Assembly: GCA_038235705.1 (NCBI GenBank)
Contig: JBBSTR010000001.1
Span: 43,541-107,540 of the forward strand
Reading direction: 5' to 3'
DNA length: 64,000 bases
DNA from: Mycobacteriales bacterium
GTDB taxonomy: Bacteria > Actinomycetota > Actinomycetes > Mycobacteriales > SCTD01
Under the pieces are notes generated by a model, which did not search any database, was not told where the DNA came from, and was given only the letters and a program-made list of their open reading frames with translations. How positions within the stretch are numbered: position 1 is the stretch's first letter; every line of letters starts with the position of its first letter. The position numbers were made by a program, and so were the translations under genes. Shown here piece by piece: positions 13,709-22,237 of the stretch.

Positions 13709-14803
13709 ATGACGCTCGCGACCGACCTCCTCGCCCTGAACCTCAGCACCACCCGGGTGCCCGACGCCGACCGGATCGCCGCGATGGCCGACCCTGGGTT
13801 CGGCAAGGTGCACACCGACCACATGGTGAGCGTCCGCTGGACCGCGGAGGACGGCTGGCACGACGGACAGCTGACCGCGTACGCGCCGCTGCAGCTCGAC
13901 CCGTCGGCGATGGTGCTCCACTACGGCCAGGCCATCTTCGAGGGGCTCAAGGCCTACCAGCAGGACGGCGGCGGCGTCGCGGTGTTCCGCCCGGAGGAGA
14001 ACGCGCGGCGCTTCAACCGCTCGGCTCAGCGGCTCGCGATGCCCGAGCTGCCGGAGGAGCTGTTCGTCGCCGCGGTCGACGCGCTGGTGACCGCCGACGC
14101 TGCCTGGGTGCCGTCGCCGGAGGGTCAGAGCCTCTACCTCCGGCCGTTCATGATCGCGACCGAGGCAGCGGTCGGGATGCGTCCCGCGAACGAGTACCAG
14201 TTCTTGCTCATCGCGTTCCCGGTCGCCCCGTTCTTCTCCGGCGGGCTCCGGCCGCTGACGGTCTGGCTGTCCACCGAGTATGTCCGGGCAGCCGTCGGCG
14301 GCACCGGCGAGGCCAAGTGTGCCGGCAACTACGCAGGAAGCCTGCTGGCCCAGCGCCAGGCCGCCGAGGAGGGCTGCGACCAGGTGGTGTGGCTCGATGC
14401 CGTCGAGCGACGCTGGGTCGAGGAGATGGGCGGCATGAACCTGTTCTTCGTCTACGACGACGGACGGCTGCTCACCCCGGCGTTGACCGGCACCCTGCTG
14501 CCCGGGATCGTCCGCGACTCGCTGCTGGCGATCGCCCCGGAGCTGGGCCTGACGATCGAGGAGGGAAGGATCTCCCGCGACCAGTGGCGCGACGACTGCG
14601 CCTCGGGTCGGCTCGTCGAGGTGTTCGCCTGCGGCACCGCCGCTGTGATCGCGCCGGTCGGGCAGGTGCGCAGCGCCGAGGGCGGCTGGACCGTCGGTGA
14701 CGGGCAGCCCGGCCCGACCACGACCCGCCTGCGGCAGGCGCTGCTGGACCTGCAGTCCGGCAAGGCCGAGGACCCGCGCGGGTGGATGCACCCGATCGGC
14801 TGA
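13709..14803 (+). CDS. ilvE: Branched-chain amino acid aminotransferase
   Basis: 364 aa from the ATG at 13709 (the upstream part of the ORF-track entry overlaps leuB). Motifs FGKVHTDHMV, LHYGQAIFEGLKAY and GEAKCAGNYA (PLP-lysine region). Confidence 0.9.
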   Translation: MTLATDLLALNLSTTRVPDADRIAAMADPGFGKVHTDHMVSVRWTAEDGWHDGQLTAYAPLQLDPSAMVLHYGQAIFEGLKAYQQDGGGVAVFRPEENARRFNRSAQRLAMPELPEELFVAAVDALVTADAAWVPSPEGQSLYLRPFMIATEAAVGMRPANEYQFLLIAFPVAPFFSGGLRPLTVWLSTEYVRAAVGGTGEAKCAGNYAGSLLAQRQAAEEGCDQVVWLDAVERRWVEEMGGMNLFFVYDDGRLLTPALTGTLLPGIVRDSLLAIAPELGLTIEEGRISRDQWRDDCASGRLVEVFACGTAAVIAPVGQVRSAEGGWTVGDGQPGPTTTRLRQALLDLQSGKAEDPRGWMHPIG

Positions 14804-14891
14804 GCTAGAGACCGCCGCGGCCGAGCCCACCTCCGCTTTCGCGCCCCGCCCGGAGGTGCCGGAGCCGTCGTCCTCAGACCGGTGCGCCCAC

Positions 14892-14956
14892 CATGATCAG
14901 CAGGGACTGGACGTCGTGACACACCGGCGTGTCACGACGACGTCACACTCTTGATC
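14892..14956 (+). repeat. Hairpin repeat element, copy A (50-nt core 14892-14941)
   Basis: The core is 44/50 identical to 30438-30487. Inner perfect 10-bp stem GTCGTGACAC/GTGTCACGAC (14913-14922/14929-14938) and outer stem GATCAG/TTGATC. Overlaps the last codons and stop of the Gfo-family gene. Confidence 0.75.
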
Positions 14957-16026
14957 TTGCCGGCCGGATCCGTCCGCGTCTCGAGCACCCCGCTGCGGGC
15001 GCTGCGGTAGAGCAGGTCCAGGGTCTCGACGGTGCGGGCCCCGAGCTCGCCGGGGGCACTGTTGACGGACGTGTCTCCTCGAGCGACGTCGACCAGCGCG
15101 TTCGCCGGTCCGGACATGACGTAGTCGCCAGCGCCTGGTGCGAGCTCGAGGCGCTCGTCCACCTCGCCCGGACGGTAGAGCCAGACCAGGTCCCGGTGGA
15201 CGTCGACGATCAGCTGGCCGGCGGAGCCGATGGCACGGACCTCCAGCTCGTGCTTGTTGCCCCAGGCGCCGAGGTGGTTCGAGCCCCCGGAGAGGGTGCC
15301 GATGCCTCCGCCGTCGAAGCGCAGGGCCACGGCGTCGTGCAGCTCGACGGGGGAGCCGAGCCGGTTCTCGGTGAGTGCGAAGACCGACCGGACGCGCTCG
15401 GGCACCAGGTGCAGCGCGAGCCCCAGCGCGTGGCTGAGCTGCGCCTGGCCGTAGCCGCCTCCCGAGACGCTCGGGTCGGTCCAGGTGGACTGCTCCGGGA
15501 CCGTCTCCGCTGACGCGTCGGGATAGGCCCCGGTGTTGCTGAGCAGCTCGCGGGTGGCCGAGGACATGTGGATGCTCATGTGCTCCAGGTCGCCGATCCC
15601 TCCGTGCCGCGCCAGCAGTGCCACAGCGTCCCGAACGATCGGCATGTAGTTCCAGCCGAAGCTGACCAGCAGCTGCCGGTCGACCTTCGTGGCGGTGTCG
15701 ACGAGGTCCCAGGCCCTCGCCGGGTCGATCGTCATCGGCTTCTCGCACAGCACGTGCGCCCCGGACTCCAGGGCTGCCTTGGCCTGCTCGTGGTGGACCG
15801 CGGACGGCGAGGACACCACGATCGCGTCGAGCTGCTGCGACACGACGTCCTGCCAGTCTTCGCTGGCGTGCGCAAAGCCGAAACGGTCCTTGATGCGCCC
15901 CAGCATGTCGTCACCGTGGCGGCACACCGCCACCAGCTCGACGTCGTCGCGGGCGGCGAGCGCGGGCAGGTGGGCGGCGACCGCCCAGGAACCGGCACCG
16001 ATCACGCCGACACGGGTCTTGTTCAT
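14932..16026 (-). CDS. Gfo/Idh/MocA-family NAD(P)-dependent oxidoreductase
   Basis: 364 aa with N-terminal Rossmann motif RVGVIGAGSWAVAAHLPAL and EKP motif (LCEKPM). Confidence 0.8.
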   Translation of the reverse strand: MNKTRVGVIGAGSWAVAAHLPALAARDDVELVAVCRHGDDMLGRIKDRFGFAHASEDWQDVVSQQLDAIVVSSPSAVHHEQAKAALESGAHVLCEKPMTIDPARAWDLVDTATKVDRQLLVSFGWNYMPIVRDAVALLARHGGIGDLEHMSIHMSSATRELLSNTGAYPDASAETVPEQSTWTDPSVSGGGYGQAQLSHALGLALHLVPERVRSVFALTENRLGSPVELHDAVALRFDGGGIGTLSGGSNHLGAWGNKHELEVRAIGSAGQLIVDVHRDLVWLYRPGEVDERLELAPGAGDYVMSGPANALVDVARGDTSVNSAPGELGARTVETLDLLYRSARSGVLETRTDPAGKIKSVTSS

Positions 16027-16059
16027 GGCTCCTCCTGGTGTGTGGATGGGGGTTGTGGT

Positions 16060-17130
16060 TCAGGGTGCCCAAGGGAGCAGCAGGATGCGCGTGCTCCCGC
16101 CGTCCCGGAGCCGCTGGAAGGCGACTGCGACGTCGGCCAGTGGCACCTGGTCGGCAAGGAGGTGATCAAGGTCGAGGAGCCCGGACAGGTACAGGTTCTG
16201 GACCGCGCTGATGTCTTCGGTGGTGTAGCCGCGGGAGCCCGTGATCGAGACCTCCTTCCAGATGAGGTCGACCGATCGCAGACCGAGCGGTACGGCGGAC
16301 GCAGCCACCTGGACGACTCGCCCGCGCGGGCGGGCGCAGGCCACCGCGAGGGAAGCAGCCTGCGGTGCCTCCGTGCAGACGACGACCAGGTCGGCGCCGC
16401 CGTCGCTGAGCGCCTCGACCTCGTGCGCGGTGCTGCTGGTCACCTCCAGGACGTGGTCAGCCCCGATCCGCTCGGCGATCGTGCGGCTGCGCCGGCTACG
16501 ACCTACGGCGATCACTTCGGCACCCGCGGCCGCGGCCAGCTGGACGGCGCCGGAGCCGATGCCCCCGAGGCCCAGCACCACCACGTGCTCCCCGGGCTGG
16601 ACCCCGCCGACGCTGTGCAAGGCGTGGTGGGGCGTGGCCAGCGCATCGGTGAGGACGGCGAGCCGGTCGGCCGGGATGTGGCTGCGTGGGCGGACCAGGG
16701 TGCGGGCCGGTCTCACGACGAACCTCGCCAGCGCTCCGTCGACGTCGACGCCCATCCGGGTGACCGGTCCGAGGTGCGGCCAACCGCGCCGTGACCACCG
16801 ACCCTCGGGATCGCTGTCCAGGTAGTGCAGTGCTACCGGATCATCGATCCGCAGGTCGCTGTCGTCCGGCTGTTCGGGACCGAACCCGACCACCCGGCCC
16901 GCCGCCTCGTGCCCGGGGACCACGGGGAAGACGTCGAGGCCGAAGCCGCCGTCCTGCAGCAGCCGATCGGACCCGCACAGCCCGCATGCCTCGACCCGGA
17001 CGAGCACCTCGCCGGGACCGGGCTCCGGGCACGGCCGACCTTCCAGTCGCGGTGCCTCGCCCGGTCCGGCCAGCACGGCGACCAGGTTCTCTGCGCCGTC
17101 CGCACCGCCGGGGCAGGCCGTGTCAGTCAA
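16060..17130 (-). CDS. Zinc-dependent medium-chain alcohol dehydrogenase family protein
   Basis: Motifs CGLCGSDRLL and PGHEAAGRVV (catalytic Zn ligands) and GLGGIGSGAVQLA (NAD fold). The TTG start per the ORF track overlaps the upstream SDR stop by 8 nt, so the start is uncertain. Confidence 0.75.
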   Translation of the reverse strand: MTDTACPGGADGAENLVAVLAGPGEAPRLEGRPCPEPGPGEVLVRVEACGLCGSDRLLQDGGFGLDVFPVVPGHEAAGRVVGFGPEQPDDSDLRIDDPVALHYLDSDPEGRWSRRGWPHLGPVTRMGVDVDGALARFVVRPARTLVRPRSHIPADRLAVLTDALATPHHALHSVGGVQPGEHVVVLGLGGIGSGAVQLAAAAGAEVIAVGRSRRSRTIAERIGADHVLEVTSSTAHEVEALSDGGADLVVVCTEAPQAASLAVACARPRGRVVQVAASAVPLGLRSVDLIWKEVSITGSRGYTTEDISAVQNLYLSGLLDLDHLLADQVPLADVAVAFQRLRDGGSTRILLLPWAP

Positions 17131-17845
17131 TGAGGAAGCCCCCGTTGACGTCCATGACCTCGCCGGTGATGAACGACGCGTGCTCGGAGCAGAGGAACGC
17201 TACGGCGTGCGCGACTTCTGACGGCCTGCCGAGCCGTCCGACCGGGATGCTCGTGACCAGGTCACGCATGCCGTCGATCATGGGAGTGTCGATCATCGCC
17301 GGGGCCAGCGCATTGACGGTGATGCCGTGCGCCGCGTACTCCTTGGCGAGGCTCTTGGTGAGAGCCATGGCCCCGGCCTTGGCTGCGGCGTAGGCGCCCA
17401 CGTGCTTGGCGCCGCCGGTCTTGCCGGCGCTGGAACCGATCTCGACGATCCTGCCGTAGCCCTGGGACACCATGGCCGGCAGAGCCCTCTGCACCGTGAG
17501 AAACATTCCGGTGAGATTGACGTCGAGCACGCGTGACCAGGTGTCCAGCGACATGGTCTCGACGCTCTCGACGTGAAAGACCCCGGCCGCGCAGATCAGC
17601 AGCTCGACGCCGCCCAGCTGTCGTTCAACGAGCTCGAAGGCCGACGCGATGCTCTCTGAACTGGTCACATCCATCGTGACACCGACGAGGTCGTCCACCA
17701 CCGGCGGTCGTAGGTCGCCCACCGCAACTCTCGCGCCGTGGGCAGCGAGCAGTCGCGCGACCGATGCGCCGATCGCACCTCCCGCTCCGGTCACGAGGGC
17801 GACGCGTCCCGACAAGCCGCTGGAGATGTCTACGTCCGCTAGCAT
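17123..17845 (-). CDS. Short-chain dehydrogenase/reductase (SDR)
   Basis: 240 aa from the ATG at 17845. Motifs VALVTGAGGAIGASVA (TGxxxGxG) and YAAAKAGAMALTKSLA (YxxxK). The upstream 97 codons of the ORF-track entry are non-protein-like and were trimmed. Confidence 0.8.
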   Translation of the reverse strand: MLADVDISSGLSGRVALVTGAGGAIGASVARLLAAHGARVAVGDLRPPVVDDLVGVTMDVTSSESIASAFELVERQLGGVELLICAAGVFHVESVETMSLDTWSRVLDVNLTGMFLTVQRALPAMVSQGYGRIVEIGSSAGKTGGAKHVGAYAAAKAGAMALTKSLAKEYAAHGITVNALAPAMIDTPMIDGMRDLVTSIPVGRLGRPSEVAHAVAFLCSEHASFITGEVMDVNGGFLID

Positions 17846-17887
17846 GTGGAAACGATACCAGCCGTGGATCGACCAAGCGGAGGACCT

Positions 17888-18622
17888 GTGCCGAACCTGC
17901 CCGTCGTCGACCTGCAGGGCAAGCGTCTGCTCGTGACCGGGGCGGCCGGCGGGATCGGCCGGGCCGTGGCGTTGCGCGCCCGCGCTGCAGGCGCCCAGGT
18001 CTGGGCCACCGACGTGCGCGCCGGCGGGGCCGACGGGCTCACCGTGACGCCGTACGACCTGCGGGACGTTGATGGGCTCGACGAGCTGTGCCGGGGTGCC
18101 GCCCGCGAGATGGGCGGCCTGGACGGCCTCGTGCACGTGGCCGGGGTGATCGTGCGCCGCGACTCCATCGAGGAGGTCACCGAGGCGGACTGGGACCTGC
18201 AGACCGACGTCAACCTCAAGGCCACGTTCTTCCTGGACCGGGCCGCGGCCCGGGTGCTGGCCGAGGGCGGCGGGGGAGCGATCGTGAACTTTGCCTCTCA
18301 GGGCTGGTGGACCGGTGGCTTCGACGGGTCCGTCGTCTACTCGGCCGGCAAGGGCGGGGTGGTGTCCCTGACCCGCGGCCTGGCCCGTTCGCTGGCTCCG
18401 CAGGGGATCCGCGTCAACGCGGTGGCTCCTGGAGCGGTCGACACGGCCATGATGGAAGGTCTCAGCGACGAGGCCCTGGACGCCTTCTTGGCTCAGGTCC
18501 CGCTCGGGCGCATGGGGACCGCGGACGAGGTCGCCGCCACGGCGCTGTTCCTGGTCTCCGACGCCGCTGCCTACGTCACCGGGGCGACTCTGAACGTCAG
18601 CGGCGGACAGCTCATGTACTGA
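17888..18622 (+). CDS. Short-chain dehydrogenase/reductase (SDR), divergent from 17123-17845
   Basis: Motifs LLVTGAAGGIGRAVA and YSAGKGGVVSLTRGLA. The GTG at 17888 is preceded by GGAGGA (17879-17884). The ORF-track start at 17846 would leave no intergenic space. Confidence 0.75.
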   Translation: MPNLPVVDLQGKRLLVTGAAGGIGRAVALRARAAGAQVWATDVRAGGADGLTVTPYDLRDVDGLDELCRGAAREMGGLDGLVHVAGVIVRRDSIEEVTEADWDLQTDVNLKATFFLDRAAARVLAEGGGGAIVNFASQGWWTGGFDGSVVYSAGKGGVVSLTRGLARSLAPQGIRVNAVAPGAVDTAMMEGLSDEALDAFLAQVPLGRMGTADEVAATALFLVSDAAAYVTGATLNVSGGQLMY

Positions 18623-20039
18623 CCGGGCGAGGCGTCACGACGACGCCCTCGATCTCCAGGTGCTCGGCGACCTGCAGCAGCTCGTCGCCGACATGTCCGC
18701 GTACGAGGCAGGAGTGGTGCCCGGCGCCGGCCAGCACCCAGGCTCGCCAGACATCGGGTCCGGGCGTACCGCGAAAACGCAGCCAGGCGCTCGTCGCACC
18801 GGTGTGAAGGCGCTCGTCGCCGGTGACGTCTGCCTCCGCGGCGACGAGACGATGACCGTTGCGGGTGCGGCGCAGCGCTAGCACCGTGCAGGGCCCGACG
18901 GCCAGGTGGTGACGCGCGTTCAGGGAACCGGCCCACCAGGGGCTCGGGCCGACGACCGTCCTTCCCTGCGCCCATCTGAGGTCGTGCTCGCCGGAGTTCG
19001 CGAGGACCCAGAGATCGCTGATCGGGTCGTGGGTCTCGATCTCGTGATACCAGGAGGTGCCGGTCAGCAGCGAGCCGACGAGCATCGCGATGCTCGTCAG
19101 GATGTCGCCGGTACAGGTCCAGGGACAGCCGTGGCTCGTCGCGCTACCGAGTGCCAGGCACGGGGCGATCCCGATCGACGCCGAGCCTCGCACCTCGGGC
19201 GCGTGACAGCTGAGGCTCCCGGCGTCCAGCTCGTGGCGGCTCATCAGGGTCTGCAGGGCGACAGCCGCCCGTACGGCCCGGGGGGCGTCGTCGCTCTTCG
19301 TCTCGGGCCAGTCGTACGCCGCACCCTGCACCGACATCCAGGCCTCGACCTCAGGCCCGGTGACGTCGTCCATGCTGGAGCCCAGGGCAGACGCTGGCAG
19401 ACGCACCACCTCGAGCCCCAGACCCCGGTGCAGGTGGGCGTCGCTGTCATCGACGCTGGTGTAGCCGGGCATCGGCTCGCCGAGCCGGCCCACCCGTGCA
19501 CGACGCACGCGCGTCGCCACGGCCGCCGGACGCAGCGCTCCGGCCAGCTGCCCGTGCGTCGCAGCCGCAGCCGGGTCGCCCAGGACCAGGGCGAAGGGCC
19601 GGCCAGCGCTCACCAGGTCGCTGGTGACCATGGGGGTGCCGACGCTGGTGCCTCGTTGCACGATCTCGGCCTCGGTGACGGCCCCTTCGAGCTCGGACGA
19701 GCGCTCGCAGGACCAGACGACCACCGACACAGCCGGCAGAGCGGCCAGCAGCAGACCTGCCGCAGACGGGGGAGCAGCCATCGTCAGCAGCAGGAGCAGG
19801 ACGTCCGGCCGGGCTTGCTCCACCGACTCCCGTGCGGCGACGACCCCGTCGGGACCTTCCAGCACCTCGGCTGCCACCACGGCCCCGTGGTGGGACAGGG
19901 CCTGGACCGCGTCAGCGAGCAGGCGTTCCCGGTCGGCGCGCAGGTCGATGCCGGAGGCTGCCTCGAAGAAGTTCCAGTAGGGCATGACGACGGCGATCCG
20001 TGGAGTGATCGCGTCAGGCCCGTTCCCTCTGCCGTTCAC
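18612..20039 (-). CDS. L-arabinose/L-fucose isomerase-family protein (AraA-like)
   Basis: The C-terminus AWVLAGAGHHSCLVRG...LLQVAEHLEIE parallels E. coli AraA AWILAGGAHHTVFSHA...FAEMHDIE (from memory). The GTG at 20039 forms a GTGA overlap with the mutarotase stop; alternative GTG at 20051. Confidence 0.6.
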   Translation of the reverse strand: MNGRGNGPDAITPRIAVVMPYWNFFEAASGIDLRADRERLLADAVQALSHHGAVVAAEVLEGPDGVVAARESVEQARPDVLLLLLTMAAPPSAAGLLLAALPAVSVVVWSCERSSELEGAVTEAEIVQRGTSVGTPMVTSDLVSAGRPFALVLGDPAAAATHGQLAGALRPAAVATRVRRARVGRLGEPMPGYTSVDDSDAHLHRGLGLEVVRLPASALGSSMDDVTGPEVEAWMSVQGAAYDWPETKSDDAPRAVRAAVALQTLMSRHELDAGSLSCHAPEVRGSASIGIAPCLALGSATSHGCPWTCTGDILTSIAMLVGSLLTGTSWYHEIETHDPISDLWVLANSGEHDLRWAQGRTVVGPSPWWAGSLNARHHLAVGPCTVLALRRTRNGHRLVAAEADVTGDERLHTGATSAWLRFRGTPGPDVWRAWVLAGAGHHSCLVRGHVGDELLQVAEHLEIEGVVVTPRPVST

Positions 20040-20350
20040 CGAAGGTGCCACACCTCGGCGGCTCGAAGCAGGGCGCCGTCCGGGCCGGTCATGGTGTCGA
20101 TGATGTCGCCGAAGGACTCGGTCCAGCGCGCCCCGACCTCGGCCTCACCCATGCGCGCGAACACGGTGGCGACGTCCGGGACGCATTCCGCGTACCCGAC
20201 GACCAGCAGGTCTTTGCGGAACAGGGTGTAGTTCGTGTATCCGGCGGCACTGACCGCGTCGGCCATGTCGGGCCAGATCTCGTCGTGGCGCCGTTCGTAC
20301 TCCTGTTCCTGACCGGGCTTGAGGTGGATGAAGAAGCACAGGCGTTCCAT
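20036..20350 (-). CDS. L-rhamnose mutarotase-like protein (RhaM/DUF718 family)
   Basis: 104 aa, MERLCFFIHLKPGQEQEYERRHDEIWPDM...YTLFRKD, typical of RhaM-type mutarotases. ATGA overlap with the upstream gene stop. The rest of ORF 20036-20917 is R/P-rich and was trimmed. Confidence 0.75.
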   Translation of the reverse strand: MERLCFFIHLKPGQEQEYERRHDEIWPDMADAVSAAGYTNYTLFRKDLLVVGYAECVPDVATVFARMGEAEVGARWTESFGDIIDTMTGPDGALLRAAEVWHLR

Positions 20351-21438
20351 CAGCTGTTCTCCGTCTCGGGCGCGGGGGGTGAGGGGTTGCCACCGCAGGC
20401 GCGGGAGCCGATGGCCGCAGGACGCTGCAGGCCGACCCGTTCGTAGTAGGAGTCCGGTACGGCTGCCGGATCTTTGAACACCGTCCACGAGCACTTCTGT
20501 GGTGCCTCGCCGTCGGGGACGGGCCGGGGCGGGTCGACGGCTCGGACGGGATAGCCGAAGGCTCGCATCGGCATGATCTCGGTCAGCACGATGCAGTGCG
20601 CGCAGTAGTTGCAGACGCCGGGCTCGAAGTGGTTCCACGGCGCGGGTTCTTGCGTGAGCGGCCACTCGTACGGCGCCTGGTCGCGTGGCGGCGTCCCCTC
20701 GATGTCGTCGCCACGGACCTGCCGGCCGCCGGAGCCGCACGGGTCGAAGCGGAGGACGACCCGGTCGTCGGTCTCGGTCCACTCGATGTCGCCCCGGCGT
20801 CCGGGGCCGCAGAGGTGGCCGCGCATCGCCTCGAACGCGACGGTGAGGTTGAGCTTCATGGCGTCGGCCCAGTCGTGCTGATCGACGTCGAACACCGAGT
20901 AGCGGGCGTCGAACCACGGACGGAGGATCACGTCGTACATGTCACCGATCGCGCTCTCGCCGTGCCGGACGACGACCTCGTTCATCAGACCGCCGATGTG
21001 GTCGACGTCGCGATCGTGACACTGCCGCCACTGCTCGACGAGCTCGTCGACCGTCGCGGCCGAAGGATCCTCGATGACGCGGTCCGCGTGCGTGCGGACC
21101 CGGGCCCACTGCGTCGCGTGGTCCCAGGTGCGACCGTCCGGGTGGACCAGCAGATCGGTCAACCTGCGGTCGAGATCGGCGAGCGCCTCGGTCGACATCC
21201 CCCAGTCGACGAGCAGCGTACGAAGATCGCCGCTCCACTGGCGGTAAAGGTCGTAGCAGACCTTGGCCTCGACCAGGAAGTACTCGGTGAGTGCGGTGAG
21301 CCCAGGTCGATCCTCCGCGTCGACGGCACGCTGCATCAGGTGGTAGGTCGCCTCGGACTGCTCGTGCCAGCCGCCCTCGCGGACGGCCCGCCCGAGCACG
21401 TCCTGCCAGACGAACGGTCCCTCCAGCGGGGTCGTCAC
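20350..21438 (-). CDS. Uncharacterised protein with CxxCxxC motif (possible Fe-S or zinc protein)
   Basis: 362-aa ORF with GTGA and ATGA overlaps to both neighbours. Helical N-terminal half and Cys-containing C-terminal half (HLCGPG, FDPCGSGG, GVCNYCAHC, QKCSW). I recognised no family. Confidence 0.6.
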   Translation of the reverse strand: MTTPLEGPFVWQDVLGRAVREGGWHEQSEATYHLMQRAVDAEDRPGLTALTEYFLVEAKVCYDLYRQWSGDLRTLLVDWGMSTEALADLDRRLTDLLVHPDGRTWDHATQWARVRTHADRVIEDPSAATVDELVEQWRQCHDRDVDHIGGLMNEVVVRHGESAIGDMYDVILRPWFDARYSVFDVDQHDWADAMKLNLTVAFEAMRGHLCGPGRRGDIEWTETDDRVVLRFDPCGSGGRQVRGDDIEGTPPRDQAPYEWPLTQEPAPWNHFEPGVCNYCAHCIVLTEIMPMRAFGYPVRAVDPPRPVPDGEAPQKCSWTVFKDPAAVPDSYYERVGLQRPAAIGSRACGGNPSPPAPETENS

Positions 21439-22208
21439 GCCACCACCCCGCCGGGGTGCCGCTCGGCCACCGCGCTCTCGTACAGGGGCAGGACGATGTC
21501 GGCCTCACGCCGCAGCCGTGCATAGGTCGCCATGGCCTCGGCGTAGCTCTCACCGATGCCGAGGGCGATGTTGTCCTCCACGTTCTTGTAGGAGAAGGCG
21601 GAGTCGGTCGCGACGACCGTGCCGGCCGCGGTGTCGAACGTGACGGCGAGGGAGGAGCGGTGGTGCACCAGTGACTCCCACACCGAGCAACCGGGCACGA
21701 TCTGCTCGTCGCCCACGAGTCGCACGCGGTCCCGGGCCTCGAACAGCAGGAAGCGCAGGACGTCGTCAGGGACGAAGACCTCTCGCGGCAGGTGATGCGC
21801 GTGAGGGGGGGCCATGACGTCCTCGATCCAGCCCCGCCGGGACAGGACGATCTCGGCGTTCGGGAACAGGTGCAAGCCACCGAGGGTGTAGACCACGGTG
21901 GGAGTGAGGATCACGTGCGTGACCTCTTCCGGTGTGATCCCGAACCGTTCGAGGACCGCCGCGACCTGTTCGTCGTCGTCACGGGTGTACTGGACCCGGC
22001 CGCTCGGGTGGAACTGTGCCCATCCCGCGTTGAGCGTGCTGAGGTCTGCCGGCGGGCCGGTGTTCACCAGGATCGTGTGCTCACCGTTTCGGGCCAGCAC
22101 CATCCAGAACGTGCCGTCGAACCACTGCTCCCAGCCCGTCATCCAGAACACCTCTGGTGCGGGCATGGGCATCCGGCCCATGCTGGCGACGTTCACCGAG
22201 AAGGCCAT
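21435..22208 (-). CDS. Metallo-beta-lactamase-fold (AHL-lactonase-like) protein lacking the HxHxDH motif
   Basis: 257 aa from the ATG at 22208. EEVTHVILTPTVVYTLGGLHLFPNAEIVL aligns to the MBL pattern D.VilTHlHfDHaGG..fP.A with TPTVVY replacing HxHxDH. The upstream part of ORF 21435-23366 overlaps the permease gene in another frame and was trimmed. Confidence 0.65.
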   Translation of the reverse strand: MAFSVNVASMGRMPMPAPEVFWMTGWEQWFDGTFWMVLARNGEHTILVNTGPPADLSTLNAGWAQFHPSGRVQYTRDDDEQVAAVLERFGITPEEVTHVILTPTVVYTLGGLHLFPNAEIVLSRRGWIEDVMAPPHAHHLPREVFVPDDVLRFLLFEARDRVRLVGDEQIVPGCSVWESLVHHRSSLAVTFDTAAGTVVATDSAFSYKNVEDNIALGIGESYAEAMATYARLRREADIVLPLYESAVAERHPGGVVA

Positions 22209-22237
22209 GCGTCCTTCCTTTCCGTAACTTTGCGCGA

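Noticed and set aside
14893-14919. 8-codon mini-ORF inside both hairpin repeat copies: MISRDWTS at 14893-14919 and MINRDWAS at 30439-30465.
   Set aside because: The two differences between the copies within the mini-ORF are both non-synonymous, there is no RBS, and the sequence is better explained as one arm of a conserved RNA/DNA hairpin.
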